This document shows, one piece after another, positions 27,268 through 36,258 of a DNA stretch of 48,112 nucleotides. The notes under the pieces were generated by a model that did not search any database, was not told the DNA's origin, and saw only the letters and a list, made by a program, of their open reading frames with translations. Source of the DNA: an uncultured Bifidobacteriales bacterium (lineage in GTDB: Bacteria; Fibrobacterota; Fibrobacteria; UBA11236); assembly GCA_964401245.1 (NCBI GenBank), contig CAYNXV010000004.1, positions 1-48,112 on the forward strand, read 5' to 3'. Each line of letters opens with the position of its first letter. The stretch's first letter is position 1. Made by a program: the position numbers and the translations under genes.

Positions 27268-27690
27268 ATGAAGGTTCGAGAAATCATGACTAAGGATCCC
27301 AAATGCGTGCTGCCGGAAGAGAGCGTGGGCGAAGCGGCCAAATTCATGAAAGAGTGCGATTGCGGCGCCATTCCGGTGGTGGAAAACCATGAGGAAAAAA
27401 GCTTGCGGGGAATCATCACCGACAGGGATATCGTCCTCCGCTGCGTCGCCGTGGGAAAGAACCCCCTCGATTGCAAGGTGCAGGAGGCCATGTCCGGGGA
27501 TGATCTGGCGACAGTCCATCCCGACGATGAGTTGGAAAAATGCGTGAGCCTGATGGAAGAGCGTCAGGTCCGCAGGGTTCCGGTCGTGGATGAGGACGGC
27601 CGGTTGGTTGGGATAGTGGTGCAAGCGCAAATCGCGCGCATAGGGGAAAAGGAAACCGTCGCCGAGTTGGTGCACGATATTTCGCGCTAA
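27268..27690 (+). CDS. CBS-pair domain protein
   Basis: 140 aa: MKVREIMTKDPKCV...IPVVENHEEKSLRGIITDRDIV...MSGDDLATVHPDDELEKCVSLMEERQVRRVPVVDEDGRLVGIV. This is two CBS motifs. Confidence 0.85.
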   Translation: MKVREIMTKDPKCVLPEESVGEAAKFMKECDCGAIPVVENHEEKSLRGIITDRDIVLRCVAVGKNPLDCKVQEAMSGDDLATVHPDDELEKCVSLMEERQVRRVPVVDEDGRLVGIVVQAQIARIGEKETVAELVHDISR

Positions 27691-27763
27691 AGCGTGAAGG
27701 TCAGGCTTGGCGGTATCTCAGGAACGATGCGCCAGGCTTGATTTCGGCAATAGCTTCCGGAAA

Positions 27764-28423
27764 TCAAAAATGAAACGAAGGCAGATGCCTATGGAACCAA
27801 TGCCGCGCTTCGGCCAACATATCGGGTATCTCATCTTCAAGGGATGAGCCGCCGACAAGGCGATTTACCCGGACGTGCTTGAGATCGGAGGCCGCCACGG
27901 CGTTCATGCGCCCCAGGGTGTCGTCTTGGGCAAGCGTCATCAGCATGACGGGAATGTTTACTTGGCGCAGGCATCGGCCGGCGAAATCGGGACGACCCTG
28001 GCACACCACGGCGGCCTTGACCGAGTCGGGCATACGGGCGGCAGCCACCAGAGCGGCGCCGGCGCCATTGCCCCAAACCAGCAACCCCGCTTCCAATCCC
28101 ATCAATTCGGGAAGATGAGCGAAGCGTTCCATAACGGAAAAAATCCGTTCGGCGAGTTCGTCGACGTTGAGTCGGCAGAACTCGGAAGACTCTCCGGTCC
28201 GAATTTCGTTTTCATTGAAGAGCCGGATCGCCAGACAGGCATACCCGGCGTCGGTCATGGCCGGCAATATCTCCTGCATGGGCCTTCCCATGCCGCTTTC
28301 GCATTCCAAGGCGATAATCCAGGCGGCGGGGTTTTCGGGGAGGGAGTACAAACCTTCCAAGGTGCGGCCGGAGCAGCGAAGCCTCACCGGCAGAGGTATG
28401 ATACCGCGCGATGTTTCGGGCAT
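27764..28423 (-). CDS. Dienelactone-hydrolase-like alpha/beta-fold protein lacking the nucleophile serine
   Basis: ATG at 28423 preceded by GGAGG. ...AGLLVWGNGAGAALVAAARMPDSVKAAVVCQGRPDFAG...IPVMLMT resembles the DLH-like family, whose nucleophile elbow I recall as GASTGAAAAL. Here the elbow reads G-N-G-A-G (28058..28072). Confidence 0.65.
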   Translation of the reverse strand: MPETSRGIIPLPVRLRCSGRTLEGLYSLPENPAAWIIALECESGMGRPMQEILPAMTDAGYACLAIRLFNENEIRTGESSEFCRLNVDELAERIFSVMERFAHLPELMGLEAGLLVWGNGAGAALVAAARMPDSVKAAVVCQGRPDFAGRCLRQVNIPVMLMTLAQDDTLGRMNAVAASDLKHVRVNRLVGGSSLEDEIPDMLAEARHWFHRHLPSFHF

Positions 28424-28540
28424 GGAATCCTCCGGATTAATCGAATTCGGACCAATATATTTTTGTGAAACGTCATCACAAGAGATATTTTGGTGAAGAA
28501 CCCGTGTCTTTGGTGGATTTTTTCCCGAGGCCGTTCCGTT

Positions 28541-29965
28541 ATGCAATCGAATTTAAAGTTTTCCTTGATCCGCGTTCCGGTTGTCCTGTTTTCGGTTGGC
28601 ATACTGGCGGCATGCGCAAGTCGGCAATATTCTCACCGGGTAGACGAGGTGGTGGCCTGGCCTCCGCACGATCCCGGAGCGCGTGTTGTTGATTCGGTGG
28701 GAACCTGGTTCAGCGATTTCGGCATTGAGAGGCTCGACTCCTTGATCTCCACGGCTTTCAGCCGGAACCTGGAATTCGCCGCGGCTTGGCGGCGGGTGGC
28801 GCAGGCCGAAGCGATTGCCAGGCACGCGCGGGGCGGGTTCTGGCCATCATTGGACGGCGGTCTCTCCTTCTCCCGATCCGAGGCTCCGGCTTTGTTTCCG
28901 GGTGATCCGCAAACGGTGGAGCGATTCCGAAGCTCTTTTTCCACCAACTATGAAATCGATTTATGGGGTCGGACCCGGCATCGCTATCGCGCCGGCCGGC
29001 TCGACGCCGAAGCCGCCGAAGCCGACGCCAGGGCTTTGGCCATTTCCCTGGCCGCGCAAGTCTGCGAACGCTTCATGGATGTGGCGGCGGGGCGGCTGCG
29101 TATCGCTTTGCTTCTGGAGCAAATCGAAACGTCGCGTGATTATCTTGAATTGATCAAACTCAGGCTGGCGCAGGGGCAGGCGACAGGCCTGGATGTGAAT
29201 CAGCAGCTCCAGCAAATCGAGGCGCTGCGGGGGAGATTGGCCCTGGCCCGTTCGGAAGACGCTGTCGCATTACACCAACTCGCCGTGTTGGTGGGAACGG
29301 TTCCGGGTATGTTGGTTCTGCCGGGCGATTATACGCTTCCGGAAATCGATTCGCTGCCCTTCGAAGGGGTGGCGGCTTCCTTGCTGCTGCGCCGTCCCGA
29401 TGTAAGGGCTGCGCGGCTGCGTCTGGAAGCCGCCGACAGCCGGACGGCCGCCGCCGTAGCGGAAAGGTTACCCAGTCTGGCGTTGTCGGCCGAAGTGTTC
29501 TTCCAAGCGGAAAACCTGACCTCGCTGCTGGAAAGGGTTTTCTGGAACGTCACCGGCGGATTGACGCAACCCCTGTTCGCGGGCGGGCGCCTGGCCGCCG
29601 AAGTCGACAGGTCGGAAGCCGCCGCCGCCGAACAATTGTTGCTGTATTCCCGGAATCTGCTCATAGCCCTCGAAGAAGTCCGTACCGCCATGGTTCAGGA
29701 AGCGGCGCAGGCGGAGTATCTGGAGAGCCTCCTGCTGCAATTCGAGTCGGCCTCATCCTCCGCCGCCCTGGCCCGGCAACGTTACCTGCAGGGGGCATCG
29801 GATTTTCTCCGGGTATTGACGGCCCTACAATCGAAGCAACGGATTGAGTTGGAGGTGGTGGACGCCCGCCGCCGTCGGATTTCCCTGCGCATACAACTCT
29901 ATCGCGCCCTGGGGGGTGGCTGGGTGGATGAAGTCTCACCGTCCACCTTGGCGGAACCCTCCTGA
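28541..29965 (+). CDS. RND efflux outer-membrane factor lipoprotein (NodT/TolC family)
   Basis: MQSNLKFSLIRVPVVLFSVGILAAC carries a lipobox. Two TolC-like repeats follow, with LDVNQQLQQIEALRG and LLLRRPDVRAARLRLEAA. It is the first gene of an OMF-MFP-RND operon. Confidence 0.85.
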   Translation: MQSNLKFSLIRVPVVLFSVGILAACASRQYSHRVDEVVAWPPHDPGARVVDSVGTWFSDFGIERLDSLISTAFSRNLEFAAAWRRVAQAEAIARHARGGFWPSLDGGLSFSRSEAPALFPGDPQTVERFRSSFSTNYEIDLWGRTRHRYRAGRLDAEAAEADARALAISLAAQVCERFMDVAAGRLRIALLLEQIETSRDYLELIKLRLAQGQATGLDVNQQLQQIEALRGRLALARSEDAVALHQLAVLVGTVPGMLVLPGDYTLPEIDSLPFEGVAASLLLRRPDVRAARLRLEAADSRTAAAVAERLPSLALSAEVFFQAENLTSLLERVFWNVTGGLTQPLFAGGRLAAEVDRSEAAAAEQLLLYSRNLLIALEEVRTAMVQEAAQAEYLESLLLQFESASSSAALARQRYLQGASDFLRVLTALQSKQRIELEVVDARRRRISLRIQLYRALGGGWVDEVSPSTLAEPS

Positions 29966-31182
29966 TGAAAACACGTTTCAAACTCAAAAAGATCTTGCCC
30001 TTCGCACTTATGGCCGTCGGGTTGATAATCGGGTATTTGCTGTTCGCTTCCCGAGACGAGGCTCCCCGTGAAGAGATTCGACCGGGCCCGGTTTCCGTGC
30101 TGGTATACGAAGTGGAGCGCATACCGAGACGCTTGGAAGTAGAGGCGCAGGGTACGGTGATACCCTCCCGCGAAGTGACGCTTTCGCCCCAGGTGAGCGG
30201 ACCGGTTTCGTATGTCAATCCCCGTTTGACGCCCGGCGGAATCGTCGCCGAGGGAGAGTTGCTGGTCGCAGTCGATGATAGGGAATATCGACTCGGGGTG
30301 GCGGAAGCCCGCACCGCGTTGGCGGATGCCGAAGCGCGCCTGGAGCAGGAACAAGGGCAACAAATCATCGCCCAACGCGAATGGGAATTGTTCGGCGATG
30401 AACTGGACACCCTGGCGGGCGGGTCGGAGCTTGCGTTGCGGGATCCGCAGCTCAAAGCCGCGCAGGCCGCCGTCGAAGCGGCGGAAACCGGATTACAAAG
30501 GGCGAGGTTGAATCTGGAAAGAACCCGCATCCGGGCTCCCTTTCCGGCTCTGGTCAGGTCGGCCCCGGTGGAGGTGGGACAGGCCATTTCCCTCCAATCG
30601 CAATTGGCCACGTTGACGGGCATCGATGAATTCTGGGTGCAAGTGTCGGTTCCCGTCGACCGCCTTCCTTTCATATCCATACCCGGCTTGAACGCGGACA
30701 CCGGATCACGGGCGCAGGTGGCGCAAAACGTGGGCGCGGGCGAAGTCCTCCGGAGCGGAAGGGTGTTGCGATTGCTCGGCGATCTCGACCCCGCGGGTAG
30801 GATGGCCCGGTTGATAGTCGCCATCGAAAACCCCATGGAAACGGGGAGTAACCCGGAAGTTACTCATGACGGATCCCGGGAAATTCCCTTGCTCCTGGAT
30901 TCCTATGTCGACGTGACGATATTGAGCGATACCATGCCGAGCCTTATTGGAATCCCCCGGGCGGCCCTGCATGGGGGCGAGTCGATTTACGTACTGGGAG
31001 ACGATTCCACCCTCGTCATCCGCGAACCCGAAATTTTCTGGCGGACGCGCGATTCTCTCCTTATCGGGTCGGGCCTGGACGAGGGGGACAAGGTAATCGT
31101 CAGCCGGATTCCGGAGCCCGTCGCAGGCATGCCTTTGCGGCCCGAAGCGGCTTCGGATTTGCCATCACCGGGGCCTTCATGA
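29965..31182 (+). CDS. RND efflux periplasmic adaptor (membrane fusion protein, HlyD family)
   Basis: The ATG overlaps the OMF stop (TGATG). N-terminal TM, then a coiled-coil hairpin (EARTALADAEARLEQEQ...AAQAAVEAAETGLQRARLNLERTRIRAPF), a beta-barrel and an MP domain. Confidence 0.85.
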   Translation: MKTRFKLKKILPFALMAVGLIIGYLLFASRDEAPREEIRPGPVSVLVYEVERIPRRLEVEAQGTVIPSREVTLSPQVSGPVSYVNPRLTPGGIVAEGELLVAVDDREYRLGVAEARTALADAEARLEQEQGQQIIAQREWELFGDELDTLAGGSELALRDPQLKAAQAAVEAAETGLQRARLNLERTRIRAPFPALVRSAPVEVGQAISLQSQLATLTGIDEFWVQVSVPVDRLPFISIPGLNADTGSRAQVAQNVGAGEVLRSGRVLRLLGDLDPAGRMARLIVAIENPMETGSNPEVTHDGSREIPLLLDSYVDVTILSDTMPSLIGIPRAALHGGESIYVLGDDSTLVIREPEIFWRTRDSLLIGSGLDEGDKVIVSRIPEPVAGMPLRPEAASDLPSPGPS

Positions 31183-34100
31183 AAGAGGAATCGAACCTTA
31201 CGGAGCCTTCGGATGCCAAAGGGCCGTTGGCCTGGATGGCGGGAAACCGGGTGGCCGCCAACCTGTTCATGGTGTTCCTGCTGGTGGGAGGATTGCTTTC
31301 CATTCCCCGCATCACGCAGGAGGTGTTTCCCGAAGTGACATTGGACCTCGTCATCATCACCGTTCCCTATCCCGGGTCGGGGCCCGAAGAAGTCGAGCAG
31401 GGAGTGGTGCTGGCCATCGAAGAAGCGGTGCGTGGCATCGACGGCGTGCGCGACGTCCGTTCCGTGGCCGCCGAAGGCGCGGCTTCGGTTACCGTGGAGC
31501 TGTTTACCGGGGCCGCCGCGCAACGCATCCTCAACGATATCACCAGCGCGGTGGAGCGCATAGCCACCTTTCCCGCGGACGCGGAGAGGCCGGTAATCAG
31601 CCTGGCCACCACGCGCCTCGAAGTCGTTTCGGCGCTGCTGTACGGTAATGCCGACGCCCGGGTGCTGCTCCGGCTTGCGGAAAGGTTACGCGAGGACCTG
31701 TTGAACCATCCGGGCATCACCTCGGTGGAATTGACGGGATTGCCGCCGCCCGAAATTCGGGTTGAGGTATCGCGCGAAAATCTTCGGCGTTACGGTTTTA
31801 CCCTCGATGCCGTAGCCTCCGTGATTGCCGACGCTTCGGTGGATTTACCTGGCGGCAGTCTGGAAACTCCCGGAGGGGAAGTATTGCTCCGGACCGGAGA
31901 ACGCCTCGATTTGGCGGAGGATTTCGCGGACATCATATTGGTCGGCGGACCCGATGGCGCGATAGTACGCCTGGGCGAGGTCGCCGACGTGAAAGATACC
32001 CTGCGGGAGCAGAATCTCGAGGCGTATTACAATGGAATGCGCGCGGCGCGCCTGCGGATTTTCCGGGTGGGGGAGCAGACGCCGCTCGACGTAGCGGACG
32101 CGGTGAGCGAAGTGGTCGCATCCGCCCGTAAGGAGCTTCCCCCCGGGATGCGGCTGGCTCTTTGGGACGACTCTTCGGAAATCTACGCCGACAGAATCTC
32201 TCTGCTTATCCGGAACGGATTCCTGGGGCTGGCCCTGGTGCTCTTGGTGCTGGGAATGTTTCTGCGTCCGAGGCTGGCCTTCTGGGTGACGGCGGGCATA
32301 GCCGTTTCCTTTATGGGCGCCTTTCTGGTTATGCCCACCTTGGGCGTTTCCATCAATATGATTTCGCTGTTCGCCTTCATATTGGTGCTGGGAATAGTGG
32401 TGGACGATGCCATCGTGGTCGGCGAATCCATATTCCGACAGACGCGCGAAGGCAGGCGGGGATTGGATGCCGCCGTGAGGGGCGTACGCGAAGTGGCGAC
32501 GCCGGTGGTATTTTCCGTATTGACCACGGTGCTGGCTTTCAGTCCCATGCTTTTCGTTCCAGGGACCAGCGGCGAGTTCTTCGCGAATATCCCGTTAATC
32601 GTTATTCCCATCCTGCTCCTTTCGCTGGGGGAATCGTTGTTCATCCTTCCCGCGCATCTTTCGCATGTCCGTGCGGACGATGGTGAGGCCCAGGATTCCA
32701 ATGACGGCGGCGCGGGCATCCTGAAGCGGATTTCGCGGGGACGGCGGAAATTGTCGCAAGGCGTGGAACGGTTCGTCGAGGTGAAATACGAGCCGATAAT
32801 TCGTCGGATTCTGGAATATCGGACGACCGCCGTTGCCGCCGCCTTCTCCCTGCTGATCGTGACCGTCGCCTTCGTGGCCGGCGGCAGGCTTCCCTGGAAG
32901 TTTTTTCCCGATATCGAAGGTGATACCGTGGTCGCTTCCCTGGAATTGCCTTTCGGCGTTCCGGTGGATGAAACCCGCCGGGCCATGCAAAGACTTGTGA
33001 CCTCGGCCCGTGCCGTCGCGGCCGACGTCGATTCCGACTCCGGCCGCTCCGATTCCCTGATTACCGGGATCTACTCCGTGCTGGGCGGCGTTGCCGAAGA
33101 AGGGAATTTCGGAGCGACGGACCCCGCGGACGCTTCGCATACGGCGACGGTTTCCGTTGCCTTGGCGCCCTCCGGAGAGCGTCCCTTTTCGGCCGCCGAA
33201 TTCGGCCGGCGCTGGCGGAACGAAATAGGGGAAATCCTCGGCGCGGAACGGTTGGTATTCACTTCCGAAATAGGCCCCCCGCCCGAGGCGCCGGTGGCTT
33301 TCGAACTTTCGCATACCGATTATGCCTCGCTTCGCCGGGCTGCCGACGAATTGGCCGCGACCCTCGGCACCTACAACGGCGTGGTCGATGTCGACGCCGG
33401 TTTCGACCGCGGCAAAGAGGAAATAGCCTTGACCCTGACACCGACGGCGCGGGCACTGGGCCTCAGCGAAGCCGATTTGGCCCGGCAGGTGCGCAGCGCC
33501 TTCTACGGGGCCGAAGCCTTGCGCCGGCAAAGGGGGCGCGAAGAATTGCGGGTGATGGTGCGGTTGCCCGTAAGTCAGAGACGTTCGGAATTTGATGTGG
33601 AAAATCTCATCATCCGCGCCCCCGAAGGCGGAGAGATACTATTGCGGCAGGCCGCCGAAATCACTCGTGATCCGGCCCCCACTGACATTGTGCGCAGCGA
33701 CGGGAGACGTGTCGTGGAGGTTACGGCCGACGTGGAACCCGGAGTTACGGCCGGCCAGGTAATCGCTTCCGTCCAGGAAGAGGTCCTGCCGGAATTGCTT
33801 TCGCGGTATCCCGGGTTGAGCTATGGATTGGCCGGAGAGCAGGAACAGCAAATGGAGGCATTGGGGGCTCTGCGTACCGGTGGGGGAGTGGCCCTGATGG
33901 CGATTTACGTGCTCCTGGCGGTGGCGTTCAAAAGTTATTCCCAGCCCCTGGTGGTCATGCTGGCCATTCCTTTCGGGATGGTGGGGGCAATCGGAGGGCA
34001 CGTTTTGATGGGATACGGCCTGACCTTGGTGAGCATTCTGGGAATGACGGCTTTGGCCGGTGTGGTAGTGAACGATTCGCTGGTGCTCATCGCCTCCATC

Positions 34101-34376
34101 AACTCCTCCCGGGCCGCGGGTCTTTCGCCTTTGGATGCCGTCGTGGCCGGAGGCAAGCGCCGTTTTCGACCGGTGATGCTCACCTCCCTCACCACTTTTT
34201 TCGGATTGTCACCCATGATTTTCGAAACGTCGGTTCAGGCCCGATTTCTGGTTCCCATGGCCATCAGTCTCGGATTCGGGGTATTGTTCGTCACCGTGAT
34301 AGCCTTGATCCTGGTGCCGGTAGTGTATTTGCTGCTGGAGGATATCCATGAATTTGCGTTCTTAAAACGGAGATAG
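31179..34376 (+). CDS. RND efflux transporter permease (AcrB/AcrD/AcrF superfamily)
   Basis: 1065 aa with a 12-TM RND layout and two large periplasmic loops. GIVVDDAIVVGE and AGVVVNDSLVLI motifs. ATGA overlap with the MFP gene. Confidence 0.95.
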   Translation: MKEESNLTEPSDAKGPLAWMAGNRVAANLFMVFLLVGGLLSIPRITQEVFPEVTLDLVIITVPYPGSGPEEVEQGVVLAIEEAVRGIDGVRDVRSVAAEGAASVTVELFTGAAAQRILNDITSAVERIATFPADAERPVISLATTRLEVVSALLYGNADARVLLRLAERLREDLLNHPGITSVELTGLPPPEIRVEVSRENLRRYGFTLDAVASVIADASVDLPGGSLETPGGEVLLRTGERLDLAEDFADIILVGGPDGAIVRLGEVADVKDTLREQNLEAYYNGMRAARLRIFRVGEQTPLDVADAVSEVVASARKELPPGMRLALWDDSSEIYADRISLLIRNGFLGLALVLLVLGMFLRPRLAFWVTAGIAVSFMGAFLVMPTLGVSINMISLFAFILVLGIVVDDAIVVGESIFRQTREGRRGLDAAVRGVREVATPVVFSVLTTVLAFSPMLFVPGTSGEFFANIPLIVIPILLLSLGESLFILPAHLSHVRADDGEAQDSNDGGAGILKRISRGRRKLSQGVERFVEVKYEPIIRRILEYRTTAVAAAFSLLIVTVAFVAGGRLPWKFFPDIEGDTVVASLELPFGVPVDETRRAMQRLVTSARAVAADVDSDSGRSDSLITGIYSVLGGVAEEGNFGATDPADASHTATVSVALAPSGERPFSAAEFGRRWRNEIGEILGAERLVFTSEIGPPPEAPVAFELSHTDYASLRRAADELAATLGTYNGVVDVDAGFDRGKEEIALTLTPTARALGLSEADLARQVRSAFYGAEALRRQRGREELRVMVRLPVSQRRSEFDVENLIIRAPEGGEILLRQAAEITRDPAPTDIVRSDGRRVVEVTADVEPGVTAGQVIASVQEEVLPELLSRYPGLSYGLAGEQEQQMEALGALRTGGGVALMAIYVLLAVAFKSYSQPLVVMLAIPFGMVGAIGGHVLMGYGLTLVSILGMTALAGVVVNDSLVLIASINSSRAAGLSPLDAVVAGGKRRFRPVMLTSLTTFFGLSPMIFETSVQARFLVPMAISLGFGVLFVTVIALILVPVVYLLLEDIHEFAFLKRR

Positions 34377-34405
34377 CTTCCCGATAGGGAAGCTAAAGGT
34401 TTTTT
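34375..34405 (+). terminator. Rho-independent terminator of the RND operon
   Basis: AGCTTCCC-gata-GGGAAGCT (34375..34394) is followed by AAAGGTTTTTT. It overlaps the TAG stop. Confidence 0.8.
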
Positions 34406-34519
34406 CCCGGACAGCCGATATGGATAGGGAACGACGTATTTCAGCGCGGGGCCCAGGGACAGGGGAGGTGCGAACAGGGATGTTCGACGCGCTTATCGAC
34501 CCCATCCTCCCCGGAGCCG

Positions 34520-36052
34520 TCAGGGTTTGGTCATTACCCCATAAAAAGTGTTCCCATTGCGATGGATCAAAATCAGTAATTTTTCGGATTTCTTGACCGT
34601 ATTCATCACTTTTTGGAAATCGGCCACCGTTTTAACCGGTTTGCGATTGGCTTCCAGGATGACGTCCCCGGTTCTGAGTCCCGCCGCCGCGGCCGCTCCT
34701 CCCGGCGCTACCTGGGTCACCAGCACCCCTTCCTTCACTTTCGCCTCGACGCCGAACTTTTGACGCGCGGCTTCGTTCATATCGGTCGCCTCCAGTCCCA
34801 ACGAGGATAAATCCGTAGTTTCCGGCGCGGACCCTGCCTGCGCCCGGATGTTCTTTTCCTCTTCCCGTTTATCGACCTTGGCCTTTACCTTGCGTGACTT
34901 CCCGTCGCGCAATAAAGATATTTCCACCGTGGTGCCCGGCCGCAATTCCGCCACCTTGTTCATCAAATCGTTCACGTCATCGACATCGCGATCGCCCACC
35001 CGGGTGATGACGTCTCCTCTTTTGATGCCGGCTTTCGCCGCGGGTCCGTCGGGAAAAACATCGCCCACCAAGGCGCCCTTGCGCGAAGGCAATCCCAAGG
35101 TGGATACCATTTCCTGGGCCACGGGTTGGATGGACACTCCGAGCCAACCCCGGGTAACCTGCCCGTCCTTGATGAGATCCTGCATCACCGTGCGGGCCAA
35201 ACCTACGGGAATCGCGAAGCCGATTCCCTGATAGCCGCCCGAGCGGGAATAGATGGCGGTATTGATGCCTATCAATTCGCCCTGCAGGTTGACCAGCGGG
35301 CCACCGGAATTGCCGGGATTGATGGCTGCGTCGGTTTGAATGAAGTTCCCATAAGTGCTGATTCCCGTGTTCTTACGTCCTTTGGCGGAGACGATTCCCA
35401 CCGTCACGGTTTTGTACAAACCGAAGGGACTGCCCACGGCCACCACCCACTCGCCGATGCGGGTGTTTTCGGAATTGCCGAAGGGGACGACGGCGAAATC
35501 CTTTTTATCGGATTTGATTTTGATGACGGCCAGATCGCTGGCGGGATCGGCTCCCACCACTTCGGCTTCATATTCGCTTTCGTCGGCCAGTTGCACGGTC
35601 AATTTGTCAGCACCCTGTATCACGTGATTGTTGGTGAGTATATACCCGTCCGCCGTCACGATTACACCGGAACCCAACCCCGATTCCTGCCTTTCCTGCG
35701 GAGGCCGATTGGGATTTTCGCGGGGCTGCCGGGGTTGCCCGAAGAAGAATCCGAAAGGGTCTTCATTGAAAAAATCGAAGGGCATTCCCTGTCGCGTCAA
35801 TTCCACCTTGCGTTCGCTTTTGACGCTTACCACGCCCGGCATCACCTTGTCGGCCACATCCGCGAAGACATTCTGGAATTGGGAGAAGGCCGAAGGCATG
35901 GATATCTGGGTTTCCGCGTTTTTCTCCGTTATTTCCGGATTCGCCGGGCCTTGTCGCATGGAGGAGGTTCCCGTTTGCGCTTGGCAATTCAATATGCTGC
36001 CGGCCGTGACCAAAACCAGGAAGGTTGCCGGAATTCGATTCATGAGCGACAT
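34520..36052 (-). CDS. htrA: Periplasmic serine endoprotease DegP/HtrA (trypsin-like domain plus two PDZ domains)
   Basis: Signal peptide, then catalytic regions TNNHV, D..AVIK and GNSGGPLVN. Two PDZ-like segments (AAKAGIKRGDVITRVGD and AAAAGLRTGDVILEAN). Confidence 0.95.
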   Translation of the reverse strand: MSLMNRIPATFLVLVTAGSILNCQAQTGTSSMRQGPANPEITEKNAETQISMPSAFSQFQNVFADVADKVMPGVVSVKSERKVELTRQGMPFDFFNEDPFGFFFGQPRQPRENPNRPPQERQESGLGSGVIVTADGYILTNNHVIQGADKLTVQLADESEYEAEVVGADPASDLAVIKIKSDKKDFAVVPFGNSENTRIGEWVVAVGSPFGLYKTVTVGIVSAKGRKNTGISTYGNFIQTDAAINPGNSGGPLVNLQGELIGINTAIYSRSGGYQGIGFAIPVGLARTVMQDLIKDGQVTRGWLGVSIQPVAQEMVSTLGLPSRKGALVGDVFPDGPAAKAGIKRGDVITRVGDRDVDDVNDLMNKVAELRPGTTVEISLLRDGKSRKVKAKVDKREEEKNIRAQAGSAPETTDLSSLGLEATDMNEAARQKFGVEAKVKEGVLVTQVAPGGAAAAAGLRTGDVILEANRKPVKTVADFQKVMNTVKKSEKLLILIHRNGNTFYGVMTKP

Positions 36053-36258
36053 GTCTTCTCCTTGGACTGAAAGATATTCAGGACTGGAAGGGAACCCCCG
36101 CGCGACCGGTTCGGTTCCGAATCGTTCCGGCTATGCGGAACGGGCATAAAAGACAAAGTTGCCTCCGAAAATTCAACCCGGTAGTCAATTGATAGTCCTG
36201 GCCCCGGGCGCATGCAAAACTTTAATTGGGGGGAAGGGAATCGAGAAAGGGGAAAGGG

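Noticed and set aside
36123-36142. A short hairpin CGTTCCG-gctatg-CGGAACG, plus nearby GGTTCCG-type repeats, in the htrA/poxB divergent intergenic region. It was considered as a possible regulatory RNA or operator.
   Set aside because: It has only a 7-bp stem, no flanking conservation can be assessed, and it matches no known motif. The evidence is too weak to call.
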